Assembly (NCBI GenBank): GCA_963677745.1
Contig: OY782391.1
Span: forward strand, 704,001 to 768,000
Length of the DNA: 64,000 bases
Direction of reading: 5' to 3'
From: Candidatus Altimarinota bacterium
Lineage (GTDB): Bacteria; Patescibacteriota; Gracilibacteria; UBA1369
Shown: positions 20,611 to 29,661 of the stretch, one piece after another
Numbering within the stretch: position 1 is the first letter of the stretch
Layout: the number at the start of each line of letters is the position of its first letter
Translations under genes and position numbers: made by a program
The notes under the pieces: model-generated
Database searches by the model: none
What the model saw: only the letters and a program-made list of their open reading frames with translations
Told to the model about the DNA's origin: nothing

Positions 20611-22860
20611 ATGCTTCGATGGACTGTTTTTCAGTTTGCCATTGTTTTTATTTTGATCTCGGGCCCGCTTCAGGCCAAAGAAATCGGCAGCGGGTTTTGC
20701 ACCGAACTGCAGTTGGAAAATATTCCCTTGGTGCGGATCGGCGAAACTCTCCATCTGCCCATGGAAGAAATGAGAATTACCCAGGAATACAACAATTCCT
20801 ATCAGGACGGCTGGTGTGAAAACGGTTCGGCGCAGCCACCGGCGACCAGCGCCGAGTGCCAGGGCAAAAAGATCTTTTACGGGCATGACGGACTGGATCT
20901 GCATCCCCAGGGTGCCGGCTCCGGACAAGAAAACATTCTGGCCGTTCAGAACAGTCTGGTGCTGGCTTCTCACAAAAGCGGGACTTTTGACGGTTGGGGG
21001 GAATCGATGATTCTGGTTACCCGGTCCAATGAGTTTTCCGAAGAACTGATTACTTTCCACTATCATCACCTGCACGGAACACCCTCCCCTTCTTATAGCA
21101 CCACCCGGCTGTTCAACGCCTGTGAACCGGTACTGAAAGGGCAGGTTATTGCCAAGGAAGGCGGAACCCCCGGCTGGCCGACCCATCTGCATTTTTCAGT
21201 CAAACGCTGGAAGAATCTCTCAGAGTTGCAGAATGAAATCAGCCATCATCCTTCGGGCGTCTATGGCTACGGCTATACCTACGGGGACGAAAGCAAGCTG
21301 GCCAGATATCTCGATCCGCAAGCACTGCTTTACGATTTCTTTACGGAATTCCAGGAAGACCAGGCGGAATTTTCCACCTGGCAGTGGAGCCAGACTTATG
21401 TTACGGAAATGCGGCATCAGGGCTGGTATCTGGGTGAATTTAACGGAAACTACGGAGTAGAACGGAATGTCGCGCGCCGCGCAGCGGCGCGCTGGATCAA
21501 ACAAGCCCTGGAGCTGCCGACCGCCAACAGCAGTGCCTCCAGCCTTTACTACGATGTACCGCCTGCCGATCCCGACTTTCCCTACATCAACACTCTGGCA
21601 CGCCAGGATTTGACGGTTCCGGTTTTGAACCCGGATGGCGGCTGCACAACTTTCGGGCATTACTTTTGTCCGGACCAGGATCTGTCCAGGTCCCAGGCGG
21701 TCAAAATGATAGTGGCCGGTTTTTTTCAGGAGGAGTTTCTGGATATCTACAACAACTGGGTCTGGAAGGCGGCGGCACCCTTAGCCAACAACATCCTTTC
21801 CCAGTTTCAGGATGTCTCGGTTTATACCTGGTTTGCCCCCTATGTATATTTTGCCTGGCAAAAAGGACTGACCGGTACCGGAAGTTTTTTCTATCCCGAT
21901 CAGTCGGTGCGCCGGGCTGAACTGGCCAAGTGGCTGGTGATGGCCTGGCAGATCAAACATGGACAGGCTCCCGGTTTTTGCCGGAACGTCAGCTGCGAAG
22001 GCGGATATTTCTGCGAGGAAAGCAGTAAATCCTGCCAGCCTCTGCCGGAGTGTATACCCTGGGAAAATTCTCCCTGCCCCCTGGGGGGAGGATATGAGAT
22101 TCCAGGGAATACGGAAAACGGCACGGGCGGCAATCAGGGCTCCGGTGGAAATTCATCCGGCGGCACCGGCAATTCCGCGGGCAGCGGAGCCATGGGAAAT
22201 ATATACAACTGCACTTCCGATCCTCACTATGCCACACCCTGTTCAATGGGAGTCGGGATCTGTCTGAGAGGTGGAATTCAGGTGTGTAATCAGATCGGAG
22301 ACGGCCTGATTTGTAGCTCCTCCGCCGGCACGCCTAATCCGGCCGGAGAAATTTGCGGCAACCTGATGGACGACAACTGCAACGGCGCTGCGGACGAGCC
22401 GCCCTGCGTTCAGCAGGGCGGAAGCGGCGGAACTTCCGGAGCCGGCGGCAGTGGAGGGAGTATCCCCTGCACCGACGGCTATTATGTCAGCCCCTCCGGC
22501 GCCAGCTGTTACTCCAACCCTTCCGCTTCCGGCTCCCCCACCCTCTGTCTGGAAACCTCCTACTCTTCCGGTGCCCAGCTCAGCTGGCGCCTTTGCAAGC
22601 AGGGCGGAGCCTTCCAGAACAACTTTACTTACGAACTGCTCGATCAAAATCATCTGTCCCACTATCTGGGAGGGACACAGAATGCCGGCGCCGGCTCCGC
22701 CTGCAGCCCCTGGCAGTCCGCTGATTTCAGCTATATTACCCAGAACCAACCGGTCAACGGAGCGGGACTGATCGTCGAAGTCCACTCGCCCAACGGGTGT
22801 ACCCAGCCGTCCTGTACCTACTACACCGGCATCACGACTTTCTATCGCGACTGCCTCTGA
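20611..22860 (+). CDS. Secreted M23 metallopeptidase with SLH-like domains and Cys/Gly-rich C-terminus
   Basis: Signal peptide; HDGLD and HLH zinc motifs; FCPDQDLSRSQAVKM, FQDVSVYTWFAPYV, FYPDQSVRRAELAK; EICGNLMDDNCNGAADE. Confidence 0.8.
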   Translation: MLRWTVFQFAIVFILISGPLQAKEIGSGFCTELQLENIPLVRIGETLHLPMEEMRITQEYNNSYQDGWCENGSAQPPATSAECQGKKIFYGHDGLDLHPQGAGSGQENILAVQNSLVLASHKSGTFDGWGESMILVTRSNEFSEELITFHYHHLHGTPSPSYSTTRLFNACEPVLKGQVIAKEGGTPGWPTHLHFSVKRWKNLSELQNEISHHPSGVYGYGYTYGDESKLARYLDPQALLYDFFTEFQEDQAEFSTWQWSQTYVTEMRHQGWYLGEFNGNYGVERNVARRAAARWIKQALELPTANSSASSLYYDVPPADPDFPYINTLARQDLTVPVLNPDGGCTTFGHYFCPDQDLSRSQAVKMIVAGFFQEEFLDIYNNWVWKAAAPLANNILSQFQDVSVYTWFAPYVYFAWQKGLTGTGSFFYPDQSVRRAELAKWLVMAWQIKHGQAPGFCRNVSCEGGYFCEESSKSCQPLPECIPWENSPCPLGGGYEIPGNTENGTGGNQGSGGNSSGGTGNSAGSGAMGNIYNCTSDPHYATPCSMGVGICLRGGIQVCNQIGDGLICSSSAGTPNPAGEICGNLMDDNCNGAADEPPCVQQGGSGGTSGAGGSGGSIPCTDGYYVSPSGASCYSNPSASGSPTLCLETSYSSGAQLSWRLCKQGGAFQNNFTYELLDQNHLSHYLGGTQNAGAGSACSPWQSADFSYITQNQPVNGAGLIVEVHSPNGCTQPSCTYYTGITTFYRDCL

Positions 22861-22914
22861 TCACGAAAGAAGTACTAAAGAATCTACAAAGAATCGCGAA
22901 AGGAGAACTCGATC

Positions 22915-22950
22915 AAGCCCCCCGGCGGCCTGCGCCGCCGGGGGGCTTTT
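22915..22950. terminator. Strong GC hairpin between convergent genes
   Basis: AAGCCCCCCGGCGG-CCTGCG-CCGCCGGGGGGCTTTT. Confidence 0.85.
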
Positions 22951-22954
22951 AAAA

Positions 22955-23923
22955 TCAAACCAGAATCAGGTTAAATAAGTATCCGGTAAACATAATTCCC
23001 GCCCCCACTATACCGGCGAAGATTAATATCAGCCTGGTTTTCATCACTCTTTTCAGTATCAAAAATTCCGGCAGAGAAAGTCCTGTAACAGCCATCATAA
23101 AGGCCAGGGTCGTGCCGATTGCCACGCCTTTATCAGTCAGCACGCTGACCAGCAGAATGATGCCCGCAGCGTTGGAATAAAGGGGTATGCCGATCAGGGT
23201 AGCCAGCGGCACCGCGTACCACTTGTCGCTCCCGGCGAATTGAGCCAGAAAATCCACGGGAACATAACCGTGTATCCATGCTCCGAGGCCGATTCCGACA
23301 AGCACGTATAGCCAGATTTTTTTAAGAAGTTTCCAGGTGTAATTTTTAGCATATTTGAGCCTGTCTCCGGCGCTCTGGGTTTCTTGTTCTTTCTCTGTTT
23401 TGAGCTTTTTTTTATAAACAAAGTCCTCGACCAGTTTTTCCAGCTTCAGTTTACCAATGATCATTCCGGAAATGATAGCAATAACCAGTCCGCTGAAAAC
23501 GTAAAGCAGTGCGATTTCCCATCCAAACATCCCCAGCAGCATTACCAGGGCAACCTCATTGATCATGGGAGAGGCGACCAGAAAGGAAAAAGTAACGCCC
23601 AAAGGCACCCCGGCTTCGATAAATCCCAAAAACAACGGAATGGCGCTGCAGGTACAGAATGGCGTGATTATTCCCAGCAGGGAGGCTAATACGTTGCCGG
23701 TCCACTCGCGCTTACGCGACAAAAATTTTCTGGTTTGTTCAGGCGGCAGATAAGTCCTGATGACGGAAACCGTGAAGATGATTACCGCCAGTAAAATAAA
23801 AATCTTGATTACATCATAAATAAAAAAGTTCAGAGATTCTCCCAAGGGCGTTCCTTTCGGCAAGACTAACAAGGTTTGGGTAATCCAGTCGGCAAACAAC
23901 TGAACCGGATAAAAAATATCCAT
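22955..23923 (-). CDS. arsP: ArsP/DUF318 family permease
   Basis: TPFCTCSAIP, SPMINEV, GIPLYSNAAG, GLSLPEF; follows an ArsR gene. Confidence 0.85.
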   Translation of the reverse strand: MDIFYPVQLFADWITQTLLVLPKGTPLGESLNFFIYDVIKIFILLAVIIFTVSVIRTYLPPEQTRKFLSRKREWTGNVLASLLGIITPFCTCSAIPLFLGFIEAGVPLGVTFSFLVASPMINEVALVMLLGMFGWEIALLYVFSGLVIAIISGMIIGKLKLEKLVEDFVYKKKLKTEKEQETQSAGDRLKYAKNYTWKLLKKIWLYVLVGIGLGAWIHGYVPVDFLAQFAGSDKWYAVPLATLIGIPLYSNAAGIILLVSVLTDKGVAIGTTLAFMMAVTGLSLPEFLILKRVMKTRLILIFAGIVGAGIMFTGYLFNLILV

Positions 23924-23924
23924 A

Positions 23925-24227
23925 TTATTTTCCGATTAAATTATTAATTTTCTTTAAGTGTTTCCCCAATTTTTTTTCATTCAGGTAATAAATTACATTG
24001 AGGCCCTCTTTCCTCGACTCGATCAGTCCCTGTTTCTTCAGCATTTTTAAGTGGTGCGAAACCAGATTTTGAGGCAGATCCAGGCCCTTCCACAATTCAC
24101 AAACACACTTCTCCCCGTTCTGCAGCAAATAAATAATTTTTAACCGGTTTTCCTCGGCAATCATGCCCAGGAATACCGCGAGCTGTTTAATCTCCGCTGA
24201 TTTTTTCGGACCGCATTTGTCAGTCAT
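23925..24227 (-). CDS. arsR: ArsR/SmtB family transcriptional repressor
   Basis: NRLKII, EKCVCEL, QNLVSHHLKML, SRKEG..VIYYL. Confidence 0.9.
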   Translation of the reverse strand: MTDKCGPKKSAEIKQLAVFLGMIAEENRLKIIYLLQNGEKCVCELWKGLDLPQNLVSHHLKMLKKQGLIESRKEGLNVIYYLNEKKLGKHLKKINNLIGK

Positions 24228-24236
24228 GGTAAAAAC

Positions 24237-24258
24237 TATATCAACGTTCATTGATATA
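24237..24258. promoter_or_regulatory. ArsR-type operator
   Basis: Inverted repeat TATATCAA-cgttca-TTGATATA just upstream of the arsR start. Confidence 0.75.
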
Positions 24259-24445
24259 CTATGTTTCCCCGGTTTTAGTCAATGCCGGTCAACCGTAAAA
24301 AACTCTTTCTGCTGTCACGTGATCACGACAGCCGGGATTTTTGGCACAAAAAAGTCATCTTTTTGGAGTGTCTTTCAAGGGCTGCGCCGGTTGAACAAAT
24401 TCCCGGAGGGTTTATCCTGTAATCTTATCTTTTAACTACATAGAT

Positions 24446-25759
24446 ATGGAAACAGGCAACAGAATCACCACAAAAAACAGGAAAAAACGTCGGGAGCCGA
24501 CTCTGGAAGAGTTGGCGGCCAGACAACGGCAGGAGTTGAAAAGACTGGAGGCCAGACATCAGCGTCAAAGAAAAGATCTGGTGGGAGAAGACAGTGCCGA
24601 GGCCCGAATTGTTTATCAGACAGTCTCTGCTATGCAGGGAGAAAGTCAAAACAGCCTGCTGTCCGCCTCCACCCCGCTCCCGGATGCGGAACCTCAAAAG
24701 CAAAAGCTGGAGTTTAATCTGGTCAGGAAAGGTCTCCATTACGCCGAACAGGACGGGGAATTTTTCTGCCGGGAAATTATGGATATCCAGATAGATTTTG
24801 ACCGGGAAAACGGTCATAGAATTGAGGCAATGATTGCCTCTTTACTGGTTAAAATGAAAGACAAAGTTCGTGGAATCTATGACCGGGGAGATCCCAGAAT
24901 TCAAGTGGGCATTGATGTTATCGATCAGATCGCGGAAAGCGCCAAATCATTGAAACCGCTTAACCGCATCCTGACCTTGTTGGACGACGATATTTATTAT
25001 TATCATCCGGAATTGATGAGGACCAATACTAAAATCTGGATGTGGTCTGAATTCCGCCAGGAATTTGCCAACCGCTGTCTGGCTAACTACCTGCCGTTGC
25101 CGCTTCTGGAGGCCACCAACGGGGGCGCCGATATACATTTTGCCAGCAGCCCCGATAGTTTTGCCCTGATGTTTGACTCGAAATCACCGGATGAGGAGAA
25201 TACCCGGTATATGATCACCAACAAGGAGGCCGTCAAAATCGACAAAGCCTTCGGTTACAAGTACATGGACATTAATCCGGCCACCGGTAAACCATTCCTG
25301 AGATTCCGCTACGCGGATTACGGGCAGAGAGGGTTCTTTGACGGCGAGCGCGTTATGTCTATACCCGAATTCTACACTTGTGCGCCGTCAGTGGACTTCG
25401 CGGGAAACGATTACAAGGTAAACAGCTCCGGTTACTCAATCGTTAACGGGTATCTTTATGATCAGATAGATGAAAAAATCAAGATCGATCCGGAAAAAAA
25501 GAAAGAACCCCTCGGTTTTATTGATGAGTTGTTAGGCAACGATCCCGATCAGAACAGAAACACCAGAAATTCCGCGGTGATGCTGGACTTCTTCCGGCAA
25601 AGCCAGGAAAGCATGAAGAAACTGTCAATCAGTGCGGATCACGCCATCACAATAGAAGGCAAAACTTATCTGCCAAAAGGATTTTTCAAGCCTTCCAAAA
25701 AAACACTGGGTGAAAACGGTTACGTCGACTACCGGCAATCAGAATACGTAAAAATATAA
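24446..25759 (+). CDS. Hypothetical protein
   Basis: 437-aa ORF, no recognised motif. Confidence 0.7.
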   Translation: METGNRITTKNRKKRREPTLEELAARQRQELKRLEARHQRQRKDLVGEDSAEARIVYQTVSAMQGESQNSLLSASTPLPDAEPQKQKLEFNLVRKGLHYAEQDGEFFCREIMDIQIDFDRENGHRIEAMIASLLVKMKDKVRGIYDRGDPRIQVGIDVIDQIAESAKSLKPLNRILTLLDDDIYYYHPELMRTNTKIWMWSEFRQEFANRCLANYLPLPLLEATNGGADIHFASSPDSFALMFDSKSPDEENTRYMITNKEAVKIDKAFGYKYMDINPATGKPFLRFRYADYGQRGFFDGERVMSIPEFYTCAPSVDFAGNDYKVNSSGYSIVNGYLYDQIDEKIKIDPEKKKEPLGFIDELLGNDPDQNRNTRNSAVMLDFFRQSQESMKKLSISADHAITIEGKTYLPKGFFKPSKKTLGENGYVDYRQSEYVKI

Positions 25760-25776
25760 CCGCCCCCCACGGTTAA

Positions 25777-26403
25777 TCAGATATATTCCATCCTTCCCGC
25801 CAGAGCTCTTGTCAGAGTTATCTCATCAGCATAGTCCAGATCGCCTCCAGCCGGGAGGCCTCTGGCTATGCGGGTGACCCTCACTCCCAAAGGTTTTAGT
25901 ATTTTGGTCAGATACATCGCCGTAGTCTCGCCTTCCAGCGAGGGGTTGGTAGCAACGATTACTTCAATTTCTCTCGGTACCACGCCGCTCCCCACCAGGT
26001 CCTCCACTCTTCTGTGCAGTTCATCCGCTTTGATCTGATCCGGGCCGATGCCGTCAACCGGCGAAAGGACCCCGTGCAATACATGATAAAGGCCCCTGAA
26101 CTGGCCGGTCCGCTCCAGGGCAATTACGTCCAGGATTTCCTCCACCACGCAAAACTGCAGTTTGTTGCGCATCGGATTAAGGCAAAACCGGCACTTTTCT
26201 CCTTCCGCAATGTTAAAACAGTCCTGGCAGAACCTTAATCCCCTTTTTACTCCCGAAACCGCACCGGCCAACGAATCCACGCGCATATCCGGTGAGTGCA
26301 ACAGGTGCATTGCCAGTCTCTGCGCGGATTTCGGGCCTATCCCGGGCAGACGGGCAAATTCATCGATTACTTTCTGTATTGATTCGGGCAAAAAAGAACT
26401 CAT
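25777..26403 (-). CDS. recR: Recombination mediator RecR
   Basis: LPGIGPKSAQRLA, CQDC/CRFC zinc finger, YHVLHG..SP.DGIGP, EGETTAMYL, TRIARGLP. Confidence 0.97.
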   Translation of the reverse strand: MSSFLPESIQKVIDEFARLPGIGPKSAQRLAMHLLHSPDMRVDSLAGAVSGVKRGLRFCQDCFNIAEGEKCRFCLNPMRNKLQFCVVEEILDVIALERTGQFRGLYHVLHGVLSPVDGIGPDQIKADELHRRVEDLVGSGVVPREIEVIVATNPSLEGETTAMYLTKILKPLGVRVTRIARGLPAGGDLDYADEITLTRALAGRMEYI

Positions 26404-26472
26404 GGGAGGGTACAAAAAAACTGGGCTGGAAAATCCCCTCCGTCTTATCATAAAAAAAACCTTCTGACCACT

Positions 26473-26973
26473 TCACTCGCTCTTTTTTGGCTTGCGCTCC
26501 TCCGGAGTGTCCGCGAAAATATCCTGCCAGGAAATTTCGGGATCCGCCTGCCTTCCCCGCTCCAGAGCAGCTTCCACTGTTCCCCTGATTCCCTTCACAT
26601 TTTCCAGCAGTTCACCGGGCTGGGGAGTAGCCGGAACGGCCTCTGCGCCTTTTAGTACGACTTCCAGGGAGCCGGTGATCTTCCGTTGCCTGGAAGAGGG
26701 TGGTGTTTTCGGGAACTCGTATTCCTTAAAGCGGCTGATAAAATCATCAATACCCTGAAGCCTGATATGATCAATAATCTCTGTTGTCGTCATCTGGCCG
26801 TTAAGACTGAGCTTGGCGGCAATACTCAGAATCACCGCCCGTCCCAGATAATTGTAATATTTCAGCTCATCCATCAGCTTCTGGAGGGGGTGATACCCGT
26901 CCAGGGACTGCTGTTCCGGAAGTCCCGCATCGCAGAACTCCTCTCCCCCGTTGTTTTTTGCATCGTATGCCAT
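26473..26973 (-). CDS. Hypothetical protein
   Basis: 166-aa ORF from ATG 26973. Confidence 0.6.
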   Translation of the reverse strand: MAYDAKNNGGEEFCDAGLPEQQSLDGYHPLQKLMDELKYYNYLGRAVILSIAAKLSLNGQMTTTEIIDHIRLQGIDDFISRFKEYEFPKTPPSSRQRKITGSLEVVLKGAEAVPATPQPGELLENVKGIRGTVEAALERGRQADPEISWQDIFADTPEERKPKKSE

Positions 26974-27108
26974 TGAATCCGGCCGATAAGTATATAAATA
27001 CAATCCCCAGGCAGAAATAAGATTACATCTTAATTAATTATTTCCAAAATTGCCAGCTGGTATGTATAATATGTCGGCATCTATATCCGTTAAACCCAAT
27101 AAATATTT

Positions 27109-27684
27109 ATGTTGAAGACTGGAACGGTAGCAAAAATTTTGATTATTCTCTCCACACTTCTTTTATTGGCTGGTTGCGGCGAATCAACGACCAACCCCGA
27201 CAATCCGCCGGCAGCCGGAAAATACGCCGAAGTTGCCAAATGTCTAACCGCCAAAGGAGCCATCATGTACGGTGCTTACTGGTGTCCGCATTGCCAGAAT
27301 ATGAAAGCGGCTTTTGGTGATGACTTCCAGTTTATTAAGTACCAGGAATGTGATCCTGCAGGACCCAACGGAAACATGAAGGTCTGTCTGGACGCCGGAA
27401 TCAGTAGTTATCCCACCTGGAGTTTCCCCGGACAGGGTAATCTGGCAGGAGAAGAGCCGATATTTTTATTGGCCAAACTGGCTAATTGCGAAGACAAACT
27501 GCCGGCGGAAGACAAACAGAAATTGGCGGACGCCGAAAAACAGCTGGATCAGGCTTCCGGAAACTCAGCCTCCACCGAACCTGCTAAAACGGAACCCGCT
27601 CCCGGCACAATCGGTCAAGCCGAACCGGTCGGCCGCACACCGGTCGCAAGTGGTGAACAAACAGCCCAACCCGTAACCCCTTAA
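27109..27684 (+). CDS. Thioredoxin-like (CPHC) lipoprotein
   Basis: Lipobox LAGC; AKCL...MYGAYWCPHC...YQEC...YPTW, resembling the Trx-like domain of cyanobacterial/plant VKOR. Confidence 0.85.
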   Translation: MLKTGTVAKILIILSTLLLLAGCGESTTNPDNPPAAGKYAEVAKCLTAKGAIMYGAYWCPHCQNMKAAFGDDFQFIKYQECDPAGPNGNMKVCLDAGISSYPTWSFPGQGNLAGEEPIFLLAKLANCEDKLPAEDKQKLADAEKQLDQASGNSASTEPAKTEPAPGTIGQAEPVGRTPVASGEQTAQPVTP

Positions 27685-27687
27685 AAG

Positions 27688-28089
27688 ATGAGTTTTGGAT
27701 TTATCGGTATCTGGATGATTGTTCTGGGACTCGTGAGCGGGACGGTTATTCATCAGCCCGCGGCTCCCGCTGCAACGATACAGCCGGAAGTCACACAGGC
27801 ATCCGACCTGTCTGCAAATACGCTTGCCTCCTGTTTAAATAAAAGCGGCGCCATACTTTATGGAGCTTATTGGTGCCCCCATTGTGCCGATCAGAAAGAG
27901 TATTTTGGGGCGGCCGTTTCCGGTCTCAATTACGTTGAATGTGACGCCAAAGGCCCGCAGGGCGACCCGGACCTTTGCCAATCAGAAGGCATCGAGGCTT
28001 ATCCCACCTGGAAAATGCCGGGAAAACCCAGTCTGCAGGGCGCTCAAACATTACAACAGTTAGCCGCCTGGAGCGGCTGTGAGAGTTAA
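27688..28089 (+). CDS. Exported thioredoxin-like (CPHC) protein, paralog of the previous gene
   Basis: ASCL...LYGAYWCPHC...YVEC...YPTW; hydrophobic N-terminus. Confidence 0.85.
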   Translation: MSFGFIGIWMIVLGLVSGTVIHQPAAPAATIQPEVTQASDLSANTLASCLNKSGAILYGAYWCPHCADQKEYFGAAVSGLNYVECDAKGPQGDPDLCQSEGIEAYPTWKMPGKPSLQGAQTLQQLAAWSGCES

Positions 28090-28109
28090 TCAAATTAATC
28101 AAAAAATTT

Positions 28110-28577
28110 ATGAAACAAACACACCTTTTGATTATCTGTTTGGGAATAAGCCTTCTCACGGCTTGCCAGAACGTTTCACCCGATAACGCCAGGCAGTCCG
28201 CGGATCAGCTGGAAAAAGAAAAAGCCCAGGCCGTTTCCAAAATAAAAATTGAGGTTACTGATGACGGACGGTCGGAAAAAGCCCCGCTGCCTGTGACCCC
28301 CGCCCTCCAGAAAAAAGAAATTACGGTCTCTTCCACCGGCCTGCAGCCTGCCACTATGGAAGCAAAGGTAGGCCAAAGTCTGACGATAATCAACTCCCTG
28401 GACAAACAGATCAACCTCTACACCACTGCCGACGGAGCAAAGTCCTGCGAAGTTCTTGGTTCCACCATCGAAATCCCCGGAGGCCAGAGCAAACAAATCA
28501 GCCTGGAGAAACCGTTCCGCTGCACCATCATCAACCAGGAGAACACTGATCAGAAAGTCGATATTAAGGTTGAGTAA
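28110..28577 (+). CDS. Lipoprotein with cupredoxin-like fold
   Basis: Lipobox LTAC; ITVSSTGLQPATMEAKVGQSLTIIN pattern; copper ligands not evident. Confidence 0.55.
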   Translation: MKQTHLLIICLGISLLTACQNVSPDNARQSADQLEKEKAQAVSKIKIEVTDDGRSEKAPLPVTPALQKKEITVSSTGLQPATMEAKVGQSLTIINSLDKQINLYTTADGAKSCEVLGSTIEIPGGQSKQISLEKPFRCTIINQENTDQKVDIKVE

Positions 28578-28596
28578 CCGTAGTCAGCAAACTGCC

Positions 28597-29661
28597 ATGG
28601 ACAAAGGAGAGCAAATTAAAAAATATGCGCTGCAACAGCTGGGCATTGATTTAATTGGTTTTTGCCGGGCCGAAAAACTCGAACAGGCGTCCAAAAATCT
28701 GGAGCAGTTTATCGACAAGGGTTATCAGGGCGGAATGAAATATCTGGAAAATTATCAACTGCGTGGTGACCCCCAAGGCTTATTGCCCGGAGCCCGGACG
28801 GTAATTGTAATCGGGATGAACTATTATCGTGAAAAACCGGTTACTCCACCCGGTCATGGAATCATTGCCCGTTATGCCTGGGGCCGGGATTATCACAAAG
28901 TACTCAAAAAAACGCTGAAGGAATTACAGAAATTTCTGGAAATAAACTGGCCCGGAAATCAGCACAAGATTTGCACGGATTCTGCACCGCTGATGGAAAA
29001 AGCCTTCGCCGAAAAGGCCGGAATCGGATTTTATGGGAAAAACACCATGCTCATCAATCCCCGGATCGGCTCCTTTTTCCTGCTGGGGGAACTACTCACT
29101 TCGCTTGAACTGGAACCGGATCAGCCGGGTTCCGGTACCTGTGGCAATTGTACCCGCTGTCTGGATGCCTGCCCGACGCGTGCCCTGGTAGCCCCCGGAC
29201 AGCTTGATGCACGCCGTTGTATCAGTTATCTGACAATTGAGAATAAAGAAAACCCCCTCCCTCCCGATCTTGCTCCGGCCCTGGGTAACCGTATTTTTGG
29301 CTGTGATCTTTGTCAGGAAGTTTGTCCCTACAACCTTCAGCTGGCCAGGCCGATAAAACAGTCCCCCGCCCGTACCGACGCGGCCAATTCGTCCAATTCT
29401 GCCGCCCGTCCCCTGGTTCCCGGCCTAGCCGACCGGCAAATCGCCGGCGACAGTCTGCCGTTAAATGAGATCATGGCGATGGACAACGATCAGCAGTTTC
29501 TGCAAAAATTCGCCGGCTCCCCCCTCATGCGCGCCAAGAGAAAAGGATTGCAGCGAAACGCTGCCAACGCCGTTATCAACGCCCGCACCCCGTCAAAAGT
29601 CAAACAGGGCGCCGTTACAGTAAACAGCGGCAAACAGAAGCTTTCCCGAAAGATTATTTAA
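28597..29661 (+). CDS. queG: tRNA epoxyqueuosine reductase
   Basis: IARYAWGRDYH, GFYGKNT, CGNCTRCLDACPT, RRCISYLTIE, FGCDLCQEVCP. Confidence 0.95.
   Translation: MDKGEQIKKYALQQLGIDLIGFCRAEKLEQASKNLEQFIDKGYQGGMKYLENYQLRGDPQGLLPGARTVIVIGMNYYREKPVTPPGHGIIARYAWGRDYHKVLKKTLKELQKFLEINWPGNQHKICTDSAPLMEKAFAEKAGIGFYGKNTMLINPRIGSFFLLGELLTSLELEPDQPGSGTCGNCTRCLDACPTRALVAPGQLDARRCISYLTIENKENPLPPDLAPALGNRIFGCDLCQEVCPYNLQLARPIKQSPARTDAANSSNSAARPLVPGLADRQIAGDSLPLNEIMAMDNDQQFLQKFAGSPLMRAKRKGLQRNAANAVINARTPSKVKQGAVTVNSGKQKLSRKII

Noticed and set aside
22861-22910. AAAGAA short repeats as a possible CRISPR or iteron
   Set aside because: Only three or four 6-mers with no spacers; no CRISPR array or cas gene seen in the window
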